A DNA stretch of 61,933 bases, counting the filler. It is 6 parts of 6 records of this genome, joined end to end, with 100 filler letters (N's around TTAATTAATTAA, not from the genome) between each part and the next. Parts side by side here need not be neighbours in the genome. Positions count along the whole stretch, not along the records: positions 6,769 to 15,905 come from SRR2962707_3078; positions 16,006 to 23,572 come from SRR2962707_3079; 4 more parts are not named here. The stretch is one strand, 5' to 3'. The notes beneath the pieces are model-generated. The model was not told the DNA's origin. It searched no databases and saw nothing but the letters and a program-made list of their open reading frames with translations. Of this stretch, positions 10,001 to 21,706 are shown piece after piece. The stretch's first letter is position 1. Every line of letters starts with the position of its first letter. Made by a program: the position numbers and the translations under genes.

Positions 10001-13000
10001 CGAACTGCGGATCTTGCGTGGTAGAGCAATTGTGTACGGCCGGGTTTCGGACGACGCACCACTGCTCCCACCGTTTATGTGCGGGGTGGTGGTTGCGCCT
10101 TTGAGCTGCTCCAGAATGTCCCGCTTGCTGATGGCCTTCTGTGAAACCTGCGATTTGGACTTGAGGTTCTGTGAACCGATTCGTCACGCCGGCCATGCAT
10201 ATTGGGCCCAAAGAATGTCCAAACAGTGAAAACAAGCGCCACAGGCGACCAATTCTACGAAACGTCAGCCACACACAACCTGCTCGCACAATAGCATGGT
10301 GCACTCGAGCATACCTGTGGCAAGAAAAACTGTGACGCAACATAGATTTGCCGTCGAACGACGCCGCCTGAACCCGTGGGAGTCGCCCCGCTTTGATTTC
10401 CTTGAGCCGTGTGCTGCGAGCCGGGAAGCTTCGACACCCCACCCCCATAGATGGATGCTGCACCCATCCGTGATAGCCCGCCAGAACCCATCTGATTGTA
10501 GCGACTGAAAGCTCCCGGTTGCGGACCTTGCGCCATGCGATCTACGTACGCTGCGTAATCAAACTGGGCAATTTCTTGCAGTGGCTTGGAAGCTACTGAA
10601 AACTTTTTGATCGAATTGGAAACCTGTTGATCATGCGGTGTCACAGCGTATGCAAAGTGATGAATGGGAGCATGGCGACCGAATGTCAACTGCCTCAAGT
10701 TGTTGCCATACGTACGCCTTTGATGTAGGGTTGAAGCCATTGGAGTTTTTTCGCCTCTGATGGCAATGACGAGGCTTCTTTCTTCTCACGAGACTTAACA
10801 AAGGATGCTTCCTCTTCTGCAACGCTTTCGCGCACGGCGGTATCCAAGCGTGACGCATCCATTGTGTCGCGCAGCGGTGGTGGCGGCGGAGGCGGCCCTG
10901 AACGACGCTGCCTTTCAGCGTCAAAGTGGGAATCTGGCAAGGCATACGCGGCCTCTGCCATTGTGGTTTGAATGTGTGCAGGGGGGATGGAAGGGCCTGA
11001 CTCAGAATCTTTCAATTGTGCGGGGACTTCATCATCATGACAATCATCAGGAGGAAGCAGGCCTGTGTTCCTCGCGGCTCGCAGCCAAAAGTGCATTTCC
11101 ATTCGCTCCCCATCACCAGTTCGCCAACGGAAGCCCGCTTTTTGGCCAGGAGCTTTCAGTGTCAGACGCAGTGCCTTATTGTACGCTGAGCGAGAAATGG
11201 GTGAGAAAGCTACAACCTGCAAGATGAACCGAAAAGAATTGCCAGTTAATTCGAGAACATCGACTAAACCTCTGAAAATTTTCAACGGGCAATGCTCAGC
11301 AACTCTCTCACCTGTAGCAGCTCGACAGTAATTTTGTGATGACCTTGCAGTTGATCGATTCGAATATACGGCACCAACCGAGGCAGCAGCAGAACGTGAA
11401 CGTCCGTCGGGCATAGAAGATCCGCCACAGCAATAATGACCTCGCAGACCCGTTGGCGCAAGAGCGGGGATGGATGCAACAATATCGGTGCTGCGCCAGC
11501 AGCGAAACCAAGTAAGAGGTGGCGATCGTACAAGGGCATCTTGAGAGTGCACAGGGTTCGAATGCAGCCCAACACACGAGCCACAACCAATTCCTACAGC
11601 GGCGCAGCAAAATCAAAACAAATGAGCATGCTTGCGCCTCGAAAAACAACGGCGCCCGTGCAAGGCGGCACAGCGCAACTTACTTCGCAATCTGTGAGCA
11701 TTACGAGCAGGATCTGCTTGTGGCTTCGAGAAGTCCACGGCGCAAACGCCAGAACCCCAGCAATGTGGTCAAAAAGTGCAGCACGGAGCTGCCAATCCGT
11801 GTCGTTCAGGAACGTAAATAAAAGCGGGAGAAGGAAGTTTTCCGTTTCTTTGCGGCCAAAGAAAACACACAGCTTGATAATGGTGGACAACAGAGACCTC
11901 TTGATCAACGAGGAATGGGGTGTTTGCTGGGCAACTAGTGGCTGCGCAAGCAAGAATTGACCAAAAGCATCAGGTGCTCAGAATCACTGACAACAGGAAA
12001 ACCCACTCGTGCCGACCAAAACGCTCATTTATAGTGCGAGCTAGCTGCGTTGAACGAACCTGAATCATCTTCTTTACACCATCGTGCAAATTTTCAAGTT
12101 GCTGAAAATAGTTTAGGCGCGAAGTCGCTGCTGCGGCAGCAGCGTTCAGCGAGTCGCCTAGCGTATCGCCAACTCCCTCTGCTGCTGCTGCTGAGCTGGC
12201 ACTGGCACTGCCAGTGCTGGTGGGTTCGTTTAGTTGACTCGCAAATGATTTGTCCAGGAAACGCTTTGCAACTGACGCAATCTGGGACAAGCACGTCGCG
12301 AACGCCAACTGTACAAGGGGTTCACGGTCCGTTGCATACCTAGTGATGTGTACAAGATGGGACGACCGATGTGGACAACATATCAGCATCTCGCCGAGTC
12401 AATAGAGGTTTGCAAACGCAGGTGACAAAAGCTGAAACACGGACGTCGATAGGGCCGGAAAAATATAGTCCTCGAAAATGCTTTGGTCCCTTTTCGGAAG
12501 AGACCTCGTCATGGTCAACAGGGTAGCAAGCGCATGCAGAGCTGCTGCGCGAACAGTGGCCGTTTGGCTCGAGTCTTTGAGCAGCTACGCGAAGACGCAA
12601 GGAATAGGGACACACGGGTGGTAGCATTGAGCCAAACCACAGCCAGGCGAAATCAACGCAACACCATTCCGATCGTGAGGCGGACAAACCTCAATGATGT
12701 ATGGGATGAGCTTTTGAAGTCGGATTCCATCCTCGCAGAATCGCGCAAAGTGCACCATGAGATTCAGAGCAATGATCTGATTCGCTGGAAGCCGCACATT
12801 GCGCAAAGATGTCAAAACAACGTCCAAAACAATGACTAGACCCTCTGCTGCCACGGGGAGTGGGTACCTATTGGCCGTCAAAAACACAATGTGTTCACCT
12901 AGATGGCGCAAGTACTAAGCTCGTGCAAGAAAATCAATTTGGGCCCGTTCTTCTCCTGCACTCAAAATGGTACACCGTGCTCTCAAACTCCTACCTTTTG

Positions 13001-15602
13001 GCAGCAGTGCTCCCACAGGTAAGTACATCGTGATCGCCTTCGCACTGGAGCGCATCAAGATATTGTTGCCGCTGCTGCTGAAGAGCAGCCTTTTTCTCGA
13101 CAACGTCAAGAGCAGCAAATGCGTCATTGCTCGATGCTGGCATGAGCTGACTGCCGTGTAATTCTGCAATCTGCGCGACAACAGAGCTTCCAGGATTGCC
13201 TTCAGAGCGCGCGGCGCTTCCCAGGCCCATGCCAATGGATTGAAACTGAGCCACGTAGTCATTCTGTGTGGAGTCGTCGGATGCATCCTTCTTGAACTTT
13301 ACATTTGCAACCTGCCAGACGACACAATTCACCATTGCACATGACCCAATTGCCTTGGAGGAGCACGATTGGCATTCGAATGGCTTTGAGAATAACCGTA
13401 CCTTTTTAGCAAGCGCAACCTCTGCATCTTGTTCCAAGGCCTCGATCTCTGCCAGAAGGTCCTCCATGGAATCGCCACCGGGTGATCGAGGAGAAGCAGC
13501 ACTGGATGCGCTGGGTGACCCAAGCGATGGCTCTAAAACAGCACCCTGGTCTTTGTGGTCGACTGACACGGCTTTTAGAGCCGAACCAGAAGGCGACGCG
13601 CTTCCGTGGGATTTTGATCGATTGCCTCGACGCTGCTCTGCCTTGCGGAAAATGCCGGACTTTTCGTCCTCGGAAGTTCGCAGCAAGTGATCGAACAATG
13701 CTTCTCCGGCCTTGTCCACGACTATTCCTGTGTGATTCGCACGCGCAATCATTTTGACATGAGCGCACTGATACTGAAAGGAACCTCCCACAGCAAGCGT
13801 GCAGTGACGTAAAATTGCAAGCGAAACCGTCGAAAACGCAGCGCACCAGGACGGCCGGAGTCCGTAGAAGCGTCGGTCTCTACTTTGGACTCCGCCACAC
13901 TTGCGGCAGAGGGTAGCTCATTGTTGCCTGCTTGGTCTTTCAAAACCACTACATTTTCAAGAATACTGGCATAGTTGGCGGCGATAAGGCGCACCCGCGC
14001 GTCAGCGTCATTACAGCCAAGCGTGTCGCTGACCGTTGCCTTAAGAAAGTCAAATAGAAAAGGGAAGTAGAAAGGAAACATGCAAAAGTCGTCTGCTTGG
14101 GCAGCAGGGTCATCTTTGTGCCGCCGACTGGCACCCGCCCCACAGAGACTGATGTATCGATTGAGAGTGAACCGTGAAGTCTACAATGTCAACACGAAGT
14201 GAGTTTATAAGCGATCACGGGCCTGGCGATTGACTCGGCAAGGCATACACCCAAGCGCACCAGCAAAGCTGAATACAGACCACAGAGAACACTTACAGGG
14301 CTTTTTTGAATCATGTGAGCGACAAGATTTTTAATCGATTGTGGACACTCAAGCTTGGAGATTGCCTTTTCGACGGAGGCACCAGAAAAATGACGGAGTC
14401 ACATCGTTGCACGGAACCGAACACAGATACAGGAATGCTGGTGCTGGATCCGATTGCAGGCAGATTTGGGCGATCGTTACTCACCTCAGCTGGGTCATAT
14501 TCATTCGCAATGTACTGCAACAGGGTTGGGTGTGAGAACAAGGGCCGGTGGTCGACCGCAAAAATTTCAGCGATGACACAGCCTGCGGCACAAAAAAAAA
14601 TGTGACGGTGGTCAGTCCTGAGAGCAGCGACTTGTTCACACAGTTGGTGAGCGAGTCATGGCCCAAGGCGTGGGGAGAGTGAGCCCTATTCGATGCTTTC
14701 ACATCCCAACACTCACACAACAACACGTACCCAAGGAAAAAATGTCCATGGCGGGTTTCAGGTCGAGGACCGAAGGCCCCTGCTGTTGGCCATCTGGCAG
14801 GTTCTCTTCTGCCTCTACAAGCGATTCCAGGTACGATAGTGATTTGGTGAAGCGTTCTGGGGCGATGCAACAAGACAGTCGCCGTGAGTTCTCGAAAAAA
14901 TACGAAAAAAATGACGGATCGTTGATTGGGAGGTTGGTTGGCTTGAAAGCCGCCATATCCGTGAGGAACACCCAGTTCCACGACGTCAGCATGATATTCT
15001 CCATCTTGAGATCACCGTGACACTCGCCCGACCGGTGCATTTGCTTCAAGCCTTGCAACATTTGGTACACTACAAACAGTTTCTGGGTGAAAGTCAGCGG
15101 CGGATGGTGGTGGAGCAGTGCATCTTGGAGGTTGTTGTGGAAATACTGCCTAATTAGAAACGCAGCCGAGATGTCATCCAGCTCGATGTACCTGCATCGA
15201 AAGAAAAACAACAGGCATCGTCGAACGAAGGTGAGCCCACACGCTGTGCCTGGAGAGCACATCCGTTGTCAACGGCACGGGTGCGTCAGCCCCTGGATGA
15301 AAGCAACACTGCAAAACGTACGATTGGTAAGGAATGACATTGAAAGCGTTGGAGTTTTTGGAGAACTTGTCACGTTGCTCGAGCAAGATACTCTCGGCCT
15401 CATCCAAATCGCCTTCGTCCGCGTCCCCGGTGTAGTACACCTTCACAACCAAGCTTTCGTTGTCGCGCTTCGAGCGGAAGGACTTCATGAACCGACGGTC
15501 GCACAGCACCTCTTCTTGCACAATCTTGGAGCCCGGGAGCTTCTGAATACATGACCGTGCATCCAGTGGCTCCGTCGATAGCAGCGGGATAGAGTTGCCC
15601 AT
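7062..15602 (-). CDS. VPS15: Eukaryotic VPS15/PIK3R4 (pseudokinase-HEAT-WD40), multi-exon, apparently complete
   Basis: Start MGNSIP (myristoylation Gly2); kinase motifs RFMKS, LVVKVY, IRQY, HGDLKMENIMLTSWNWVFLTD, APERF, DIFSLG/CVIAE; HEAT segment FFGRKETENFLLPLLFTFLNDTDWQLRAALF; WD40 end SSSRDGVVKVWR*. GT-AG introns that restore frame: 15192-15321, 14583-14730, 14366-14484, 14181-14296, 13728-13846, probably 13312-13401; later introns not fully resolved. Confidence 0.93.
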
Positions 15603-15883
15603 TGGGTCCGCTCTACCCAATCACGTTGAGCCACCCTGCAGATGTGTGGATCTGTGCGTGAAGGTGTGCGGGTGTCTCTGTGGATGTGCGTGTCAAGCGC
15701 AAGCGAACAACACGTCCTGCAGGAAAATAGGCACCGAACTCGAAGTGTTGTTTGTGGGGCACGGTCTCCACGCGAGGCTCCTCGAACAGAAGAGTATTCG
15801 GAAGGGGCCGCGGGCTGCTGCTGCTCCGCCAAAACCCTCGCTTTTGTTTTTGCTTTTCTTTCTCCCTGGCAAAGCGAGTCTCC

Positions 15884-15905
15884 AGAGAGAGAGAGTCTCA
15901 AGAGA
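15884..15905 (+). repeat. Interrupted (AG)n microsatellite at contig end
   Basis: agagagagagagtctcaagaga abutting the gap. Confidence 0.6.
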
Positions 15906-16005
15906 NNNNNNNNNNNNNNNNNNNNNNNNNNNNNNNNNNNNNNNNNNNNTTAATTAATTAANNNNNNNNNNNNNNNNNNNNNNNNNNNNNNNNNNNNNNN
16001 NNNNN
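15906..16005. other. Artificial contig spacer
   Basis: N-run with TTAATTAATTAA. Confidence 0.98.
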
Positions 16006-18352
16006 GTATTTCAACATGTCCTTTGCGACGACGCACATCCACGACCAGTCGATCAAGCTCTACAAAACGCTTGAGGACGAAACAGGCCTTAACGCCGGTT
16101 TCGCGGTAGTGGGCAACCTGCGTATGGCCCAGACCGACGCGCGCATGGACGAATACATGCTGTATGCGACCACCGCCGAAACCTGCGGAGTGCCGTTCGA
16201 ATGGCTGACGCCGACGCAGATCAAGGACCGCTGGCCGCTGGTGCGTACCGATGATTTGAAAGGCGCGATCTTTCACCCGACCGACGGTTATATCAACCCG
16301 GCCGATGTAACTATGGCTATGGCCAAGGGCGCCCGCCAACGCGGCGTGGTGATCGAACGCAAGTGGCAGGTCGACAGCTATACCTGGATGGGCGACCACT
16401 GGGACATCGGCATCACCAAGATGGTGGAAAAGGGCGGCAACCTTGTGCCGTCCGATGAAACTTCGGTCATTCATGCCGAACATGTGGTGACAGCGACGGG
16501 CAATCACGCACAGCGCACCGCGCGCCTTCTTGGTATCAAGATTCCGGCGATTCCGGTTGAACATCAGTTCATCGTGACTGAACCTGATCCGGCGCTGGTC
16601 GAATACCGCAATACGCATGACCAGCACCCCGTCCTGCGCGACGCCGATGCCAAATGGTATGTTCGCGAAGAACGCGGCGGCTGGATCCTTGGCCCTTATG
16701 AAAAGGGCGCACCTGCGCGGTTTGAATACGGCGTACCCGACAGTTTCCGGGCCGACCTTTTCCCGCTGGACCTTGAGCGGATCGAGGAAGAATACATGGC
16801 GATGATCCACCGGATTCCATCGTCGGAAACCGTGGGGCTGAAGGACGATTTCAACGGTCCGATCTGCTATACGCCTGATGGAAACCCGCTGGTTGGCCCC
16901 GCGCCGGGACTGCGCAACATGTGGCTGGCCGAGGGGTTTTCCTTTGGCATCACAGCAGCGGGCGGAACGGGGCATTACCTGGCCCAGATGATGACACAAG
17001 GCGAGGCCGAGATTGATATGGCGAGCCTTGACCCGAAACGGTTCGGGTCCTGGATGACAACCGAATACGCCGCCCGCAAGAACGAAGAGGCCTATGATCA
17101 CGTCTTTGTCCTGCATCATCCGGACGAAGAGCGCCCCGCCTGTCGCCCTCTGCGCACCGTGCCCGCCTATGAGCGGCAAAAGGCGCGCGGCGCGCAGTTC
17201 GGCCATGTAAACGGCTGGGAGCGCCCCAATTATTACGGGCCGCTGGATGCGCCGGGCAGCTTTGACCACGATTCACGGTCGTTCCGCCGTGGCGGGTGGT
17301 GGGAATACGCGGTCGCCGAGGCAAAGGCCATCCGCGAAGGCGTCGGGTTGATCGACGCATCGGCATTTACCAAGCATATGGTCAAAGGCCCCGGGGCCAC
17401 CGCGTTCCTTGACTGGTTTACCTGCAACAAATTGCCCAAGGTGGGACGTATCAACCTGACCTATGCGCTGAGCGATCACGGCACAACGCGGACTGAATAT
17501 ACCATCGTCAGGTTAACCGAGGATGAATATTACCTCGTTTCTGCAGGGGCATGGACAGATTATGACGCCGATTTCCTGCGCAAGGCTGCGGCCGACAAAG
17601 CGCCGGAATTCGGTTATATCGAAATCCAGAACGTGACCACACAATATGGTGTGTTTGCCATTGCCGGGCCGAAGTCGCGTGATGTTCTGAACGCGGTGAT
17701 CAAGGATGCCGATCCGGCTACGGCGCTGACAAATAAGCGGTTTCCGTGGCTTACCATGCGCAGCATCGAATTGGGCATGTGCCCGGTGCGCGCGATTCGC
17801 GTCGCCTATACAGGTGAACTGGGCTGGGAATTGCACCACCCGATCGAGATGCAGGCCTACCTGTTCGACCTGCTTGAGGTGGCTGGAAAACCCCATGGTA
17901 TGAAGCTGGTTGGCGCACGCGCGCAAAACTGGCTACGGCAGGAAAAATCCTATCGTGCGTTTGGGAATGAGCTGGGTCGTGATGCCACGCCGCTTGAGGC
18001 GGATCTGCCGCGGTTCGTGGATTTATCCAAGAATTTCAACGGTAAAAATGCGATGGAGGCGGTGGGCATCCGTAGCAAATGCATCACTTTGCTGATTGAT
18101 GGGCCTGCGGATGCGGACCCCTGGGGGCGCGAGGCGCTGTATGCTGAGGATGGTACACGGGTGGGGCGTCTGACCTCGGGTGGCTATTCGGTGGCTTTCG
18201 GGAAAAGCATCGGTATGGGCTATGTGAAGCCGGAACATGCTGTGGTTGGCAAGGTTCTGAAGGTCAAGATGTTGAACCAGTTGTGGGATGCGACGGTGAC
18301 CGAGGACAGCCCCTATGATCCGCAAAACGCGACAATCCGCAAGGACGCCTGA
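16006..18352 (+). CDS. GcvT-family FAD-dependent oxidoreductase (dimethylglycine/sarcosine dehydrogenase-like), 5'-truncated
   Basis: DGYINPAD, NGPICYTPDGNPLVGP, FGITAAGG, GWERPN, AYTGELGWELH, LRQEKSY; begins at contig edge and lacks the GxGxxG N-terminus. Confidence 0.9.
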
Positions 18353-18361
18353 TACCGGAGC

Positions 18362-18379
18362 GGCGGGGGAAACCCCGCC
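18362..18379 (+). terminator. GC hairpin after the GcvT-family gene
   Basis: GGCGGGG-GAAA-CCCCGCC; no T-tract. Confidence 0.5.
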
Positions 18380-18387
18380 AGAACGGC

Positions 18388-18426
18388 CTATGGAACCCGT
18401 ATGGATTGCGTATGGAAAGCGTATGG
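18388..18426 (+). repeat. 4x 11-bp phased direct repeat with (G)TATGG core
   Basis: TATGG at 18389, 18400, 18411, 18422. Confidence 0.85.
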
Positions 18427-18564
18427 CTCTGACCGGATGGTCAGGAATTGGGTAGCGCGGACAATGGTGTTGAGATCATGCAACGAAACCTTTCCAAGGG
18501 CTGGATTGCACCGATATGCTTTGGCGGTACAAAGCCACAGTTCCAGCCATAGGAAAGCCCAGCC

Positions 18565-18951
18565 ATGCCGTCTATATTTGACCATGTAACGCTCGGAGTT
18601 TCTGACATCGGGAAAGCGCGGCATTTCTATAACCTCGTGATGTCCGCACTGGATTTGCCGCTGCTTTGGGAGAACGCCACCATGCTGACCTACGGCGTGA
18701 AAGGTGGCGAGGATTTTGGCCTGCAACTCGACTCCGCCGGTGCACGGCATGGGACGCACGTTGCGTTTCGTGCACGCGACCGTGCCAGTGTTGATCGTTT
18801 TCACGCGAATGCCCTGGCTGCTGGCGGTACGGACGCTGGCGCGCCGGGTTTGCGCCCGGAATATTCCGCTACCTATTACGCGGCTTTTATCAATGATCCC
18901 GATGGAAACCGCATCGAAGCGGTCAGCCATGAAGTACCGGCACAGGATTGA
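18565..18951 (+). CDS. VOC/glyoxalase family protein
   Basis: FDHVTLGVSD, HVAFRA, GAPGLRPEY, YYAAF..DPDGNRIEAV. Confidence 0.92.
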   Translation: MPSIFDHVTLGVSDIGKARHFYNLVMSALDLPLLWENATMLTYGVKGGEDFGLQLDSAGARHGTHVAFRARDRASVDRFHANALAAGGTDAGAPGLRPEYSATYYAAFINDPDGNRIEAVSHEVPAQD

Positions 18952-19015
18952 GCGGTCGTAGCCGCAAATCCTGTCTGCCACGCCGCCGAACTGTCACGAT
19001 TAGAACGCGCATGAG

Positions 19016-19047
19016 AAAAGCCCCGTCGGCAGAACCGGCGGGGCTTT
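19016..19047. terminator. Bidirectional intrinsic terminator between VOC gene and mcd
   Basis: AAAAGCCCCGTCGG-CAGAA-CCGGCGGGGCTTT between convergent genes. Confidence 0.75.
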
Positions 19048-19067
19048 GGTCTGGGGGGTTACAGGGG

Positions 19068-20753
19068 TTAGCCCAGCAAGCGGCGGGCGATGACCTGGGC
19101 CTGAATTTCGGCGGCACCTTCAAAGATGTTGAGGATACGGGCGTCACACAGGATGCGGCTGATGGTGTATTCCAGCGCAAAGCCGTTGCCGCCGTGGATC
19201 TGCAGGCCGTTGTCGGCGCAGGCCCAGGCGATGCGCGCGCCGAGCAGTTTGGCCATGCCGGCCTCAAGGTCGCAGCGCCGTCCTTCGTCCTTTTCGCGGG
19301 TCGAGAAATAAGTGAGCTGTCGGGCGACCATGATCTCGACCGCCATCATGGCGATCTTGCCGGATACGCGGGGGAAATCGATCAGGGATTTGCCGAACTG
19401 TTTGCGGTCCTGCGCGTATTGCATCGACACGTCGAGCGCGGATTGTGCCACGCCGATCGCGCGGGCGGCGGTCTGGATGCGGGCGGATTCAAACGTTTCC
19501 ATCAACTGTTTGAAGCCTTTGCCCTCTTCCCCGCCGAGGAGGTTTTCACCTTTGACGTGGAAATTGTCGAAGGCGAGTTCGTATTCCTTCATGCCGCGAT
19601 ATCCGAGCACCTCAATTTCGCCGCCGGTCATGCCGTCGGTGGGGAAGGGGGCGTCGTCGGTGCCGGGGGTTTTTTCCGCCAGAAACATCGACAACCCTTT
19701 GTAGTCGGTGGTGTCGGGATCGGTGCGAACCAGCAGGGTCATCACATGGGTGCGGGAGGCGTGGGTGATCCATGTCTTGTTGCCGGTCACGCGGTAATCA
19801 TCGCCGTCCTTGACCGCGCGGGTGCGCAAGCTGCCGAGGTCGGACCCGGTGTTGGGTTCGGTAAAGACCGCTGTGGGGAGTTTTTCGCCCGAAGCTAGCG
19901 CTGGCAGCCATTTCTGTTTTTGTTCTTCTGTACCGCCGGCGATGATCAGTTCCGCCGCGATTTCGGACCGGGTTCCGAGTGAGCCGACACCGATGTAGCC
20001 GCGCGATAGTTCTTCTGACACCACGCACATCGACGCCTTGGAGAGGCCAAAGCCGCCGTATTGTTCGGGGATCGTGAGGCCGAATACGCCGAGTTCGGCA
20101 AGTTCGTCGATGATGTCCATCGGGATCAACTGATCCTTGAGGTGCCAGCCGTGGGCAAAGGGTTCGACCTTTTCCACCGCAAAGCGGCGGAACTGTTCGC
20201 GGATCATGTCAAGTTCATCATCAAGGCCGGTCGACCCGACGGTGATTTCGGCCGCGCGTTCCTGCATCAGGTCGACAAGGCGGGTGCGGGCGGCCTGTGT
20301 ATTCCCGGCGCGGCGCAGGTGCGCGATTTCCGGGGTATCGATGAGGGCGGTCACATCACCGGGCAGGTCCATGTCGGACAGGCGCAGGATTTCGCCCTGG
20401 CTCATCGGGATGCCGCCGACGATCTGGTTCAGGTATTCGCCGAATGCGATTTGGTGAATCAGGTGTTCAACGTCGGAAAATTTGCCGGTTTCGACCAGCA
20501 TTTCGGCCCAGTGCTGCATCTGGCGCAGCGCTTCGGTGTAGGTGGCAAGCCAGGCAAGACCGTGGGCGGCGGTTTGATGCGCCTCGATCAGCGCGCCAGA
20601 AACGCGGCCCTGTTCGTCGACCAATGCGCGGACGTGGGATTTGGCGGCGGCCAGAACCTCCTCGACCGGGGGAATCGTGGCCGCGGAGAGCGTGAGGAGG
20701 TCGGGCAAAATAATGCCGTCTGTGCCTGTCGTATCCTGACCGTCATGCGCCAT
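19068..20753 (-). CDS. mcd: (2S)-methylsuccinyl-CoA dehydrogenase (ethylmalonyl-CoA pathway)
   Basis: Acyl-CoA dehydrogenase core (FTEPNTGSD, NIFEGAAEIQ) plus the Mcd-type N-terminal extension (AAHGLAWLATY, QIAFGEYL..GGIPMSQ). Confidence 0.88.
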   Translation of the reverse strand: MAHDGQDTTGTDGIILPDLLTLSAATIPPVEEVLAAAKSHVRALVDEQGRVSGALIEAHQTAAHGLAWLATYTEALRQMQHWAEMLVETGKFSDVEHLIHQIAFGEYLNQIVGGIPMSQGEILRLSDMDLPGDVTALIDTPEIAHLRRAGNTQAARTRLVDLMQERAAEITVGSTGLDDELDMIREQFRRFAVEKVEPFAHGWHLKDQLIPMDIIDELAELGVFGLTIPEQYGGFGLSKASMCVVSEELSRGYIGVGSLGTRSEIAAELIIAGGTEEQKQKWLPALASGEKLPTAVFTEPNTGSDLGSLRTRAVKDGDDYRVTGNKTWITHASRTHVMTLLVRTDPDTTDYKGLSMFLAEKTPGTDDAPFPTDGMTGGEIEVLGYRGMKEYELAFDNFHVKGENLLGGEEGKGFKQLMETFESARIQTAARAIGVAQSALDVSMQYAQDRKQFGKSLIDFPRVSGKIAMMAVEIMVARQLTYFSTREKDEGRRCDLEAGMAKLLGARIAWACADNGLQIHGGNGFALEYTISRILCDARILNIFEGAAEIQAQVIARRLLG

Positions 20754-20901
20754 GGTTCGCGTCCCTTCGATTGTTGCGACCGGGCGTAGCTATTTCGCAG
20801 CCGCAGCGCAATAAAAATACCAAATGAATCCTAAATTATTTCAAATATTGCGCAACGATTTTTTTGCGGCGCTCGTTAAAATGCTCTGCTATGAGGCGTT
20901 T

Positions 20902-21672
20902 ATGGATACATTTTTGGCCCTCATACCCCTGCCCATTTTGGGGATTTGTCTTGGAATTACGCTGCTGGCGGGCATCGTCAAAGGTGTGGTGGGCTTCGCC
21001 ATGCCGATGATCATGATCTCGGTTCTGGGGTCGGTCGTTTCGCCGGAACTGGCGCTGGGCGGGCTGATCCTGCCGACGCTGGTGACCAACGGTATGCAGG
21101 CGCTGCGGCAAGGGCCAGATGCGGCATGGGAATCGGTCAAACGGTTCCGGGTGTTTCTGCTGGTGGGGTTGGTCTTCATGCTGGTGTCTGCGCAGTTGGT
21201 GACCGCGATGCCGGTCTGGCTGTTGCTTACGGTGATCGGCGGCCCTGTGGCGCTGTTCGCGGCGGCGCAGCTGCTGGGCTGGAAAGGCGATCTGCCCGGC
21301 GGGCCGAGCGATAAGCTTGAAATCGGGATCGGGGCATTCGCCGGATTTATCGGCGGGCTGTCCGGGGTTTGGGGGCCGCCGGTGGTGGCGTACCTTATTG
21401 CGCTGGGCACGGAAAAGCGTGAACAGATGCGGATTCAGGGTGTGATCTATGGCCTTGGGGCTGTCGCACTGACCGGGGCGCATATGGTGTCTGGCGTGTT
21501 GAATGCGCAGACGGCGGTGTTTTCGCTGCTGCTGATCGTGCCTGCGGTGCTGGGCATGTGGATCGGTGGAAAGTTTCAGGACCGCATCGATCAGGCGATG
21601 TTCCGTCGCGCGACGCTGTTCGTGCTGCTGATTGCGGCGCTGAACCTGCTGCGGCGGGCATTTTTCGCCTGA
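20902..21672 (+). CDS. TauE/SafE (TSUP) family membrane transporter
   Basis: LAGIVKGVVGFA, GGLSGVWGPP; about 8 hydrophobic segments. Confidence 0.88.
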   Translation: MDTFLALIPLPILGICLGITLLAGIVKGVVGFAMPMIMISVLGSVVSPELALGGLILPTLVTNGMQALRQGPDAAWESVKRFRVFLLVGLVFMLVSAQLVTAMPVWLLLTVIGGPVALFAAAQLLGWKGDLPGGPSDKLEIGIGAFAGFIGGLSGVWGPPVVAYLIALGTEKREQMRIQGVIYGLGAVALTGAHMVSGVLNAQTAVFSLLLIVPAVLGMWIGGKFQDRIDQAMFRRATLFVLLIAALNLLRRAFFA

Positions 21673-21706
21673 ACCAAGCCGGGGCGCCGTCGCGCGCCAG
21701 ATGTTT

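Noticed and set aside
20793-20815. Possible PhaR-type site (GCAGCCGCAGCGCAA) upstream of mcd
   Set aside because: Too short and degenerate to support in GC-rich DNA.
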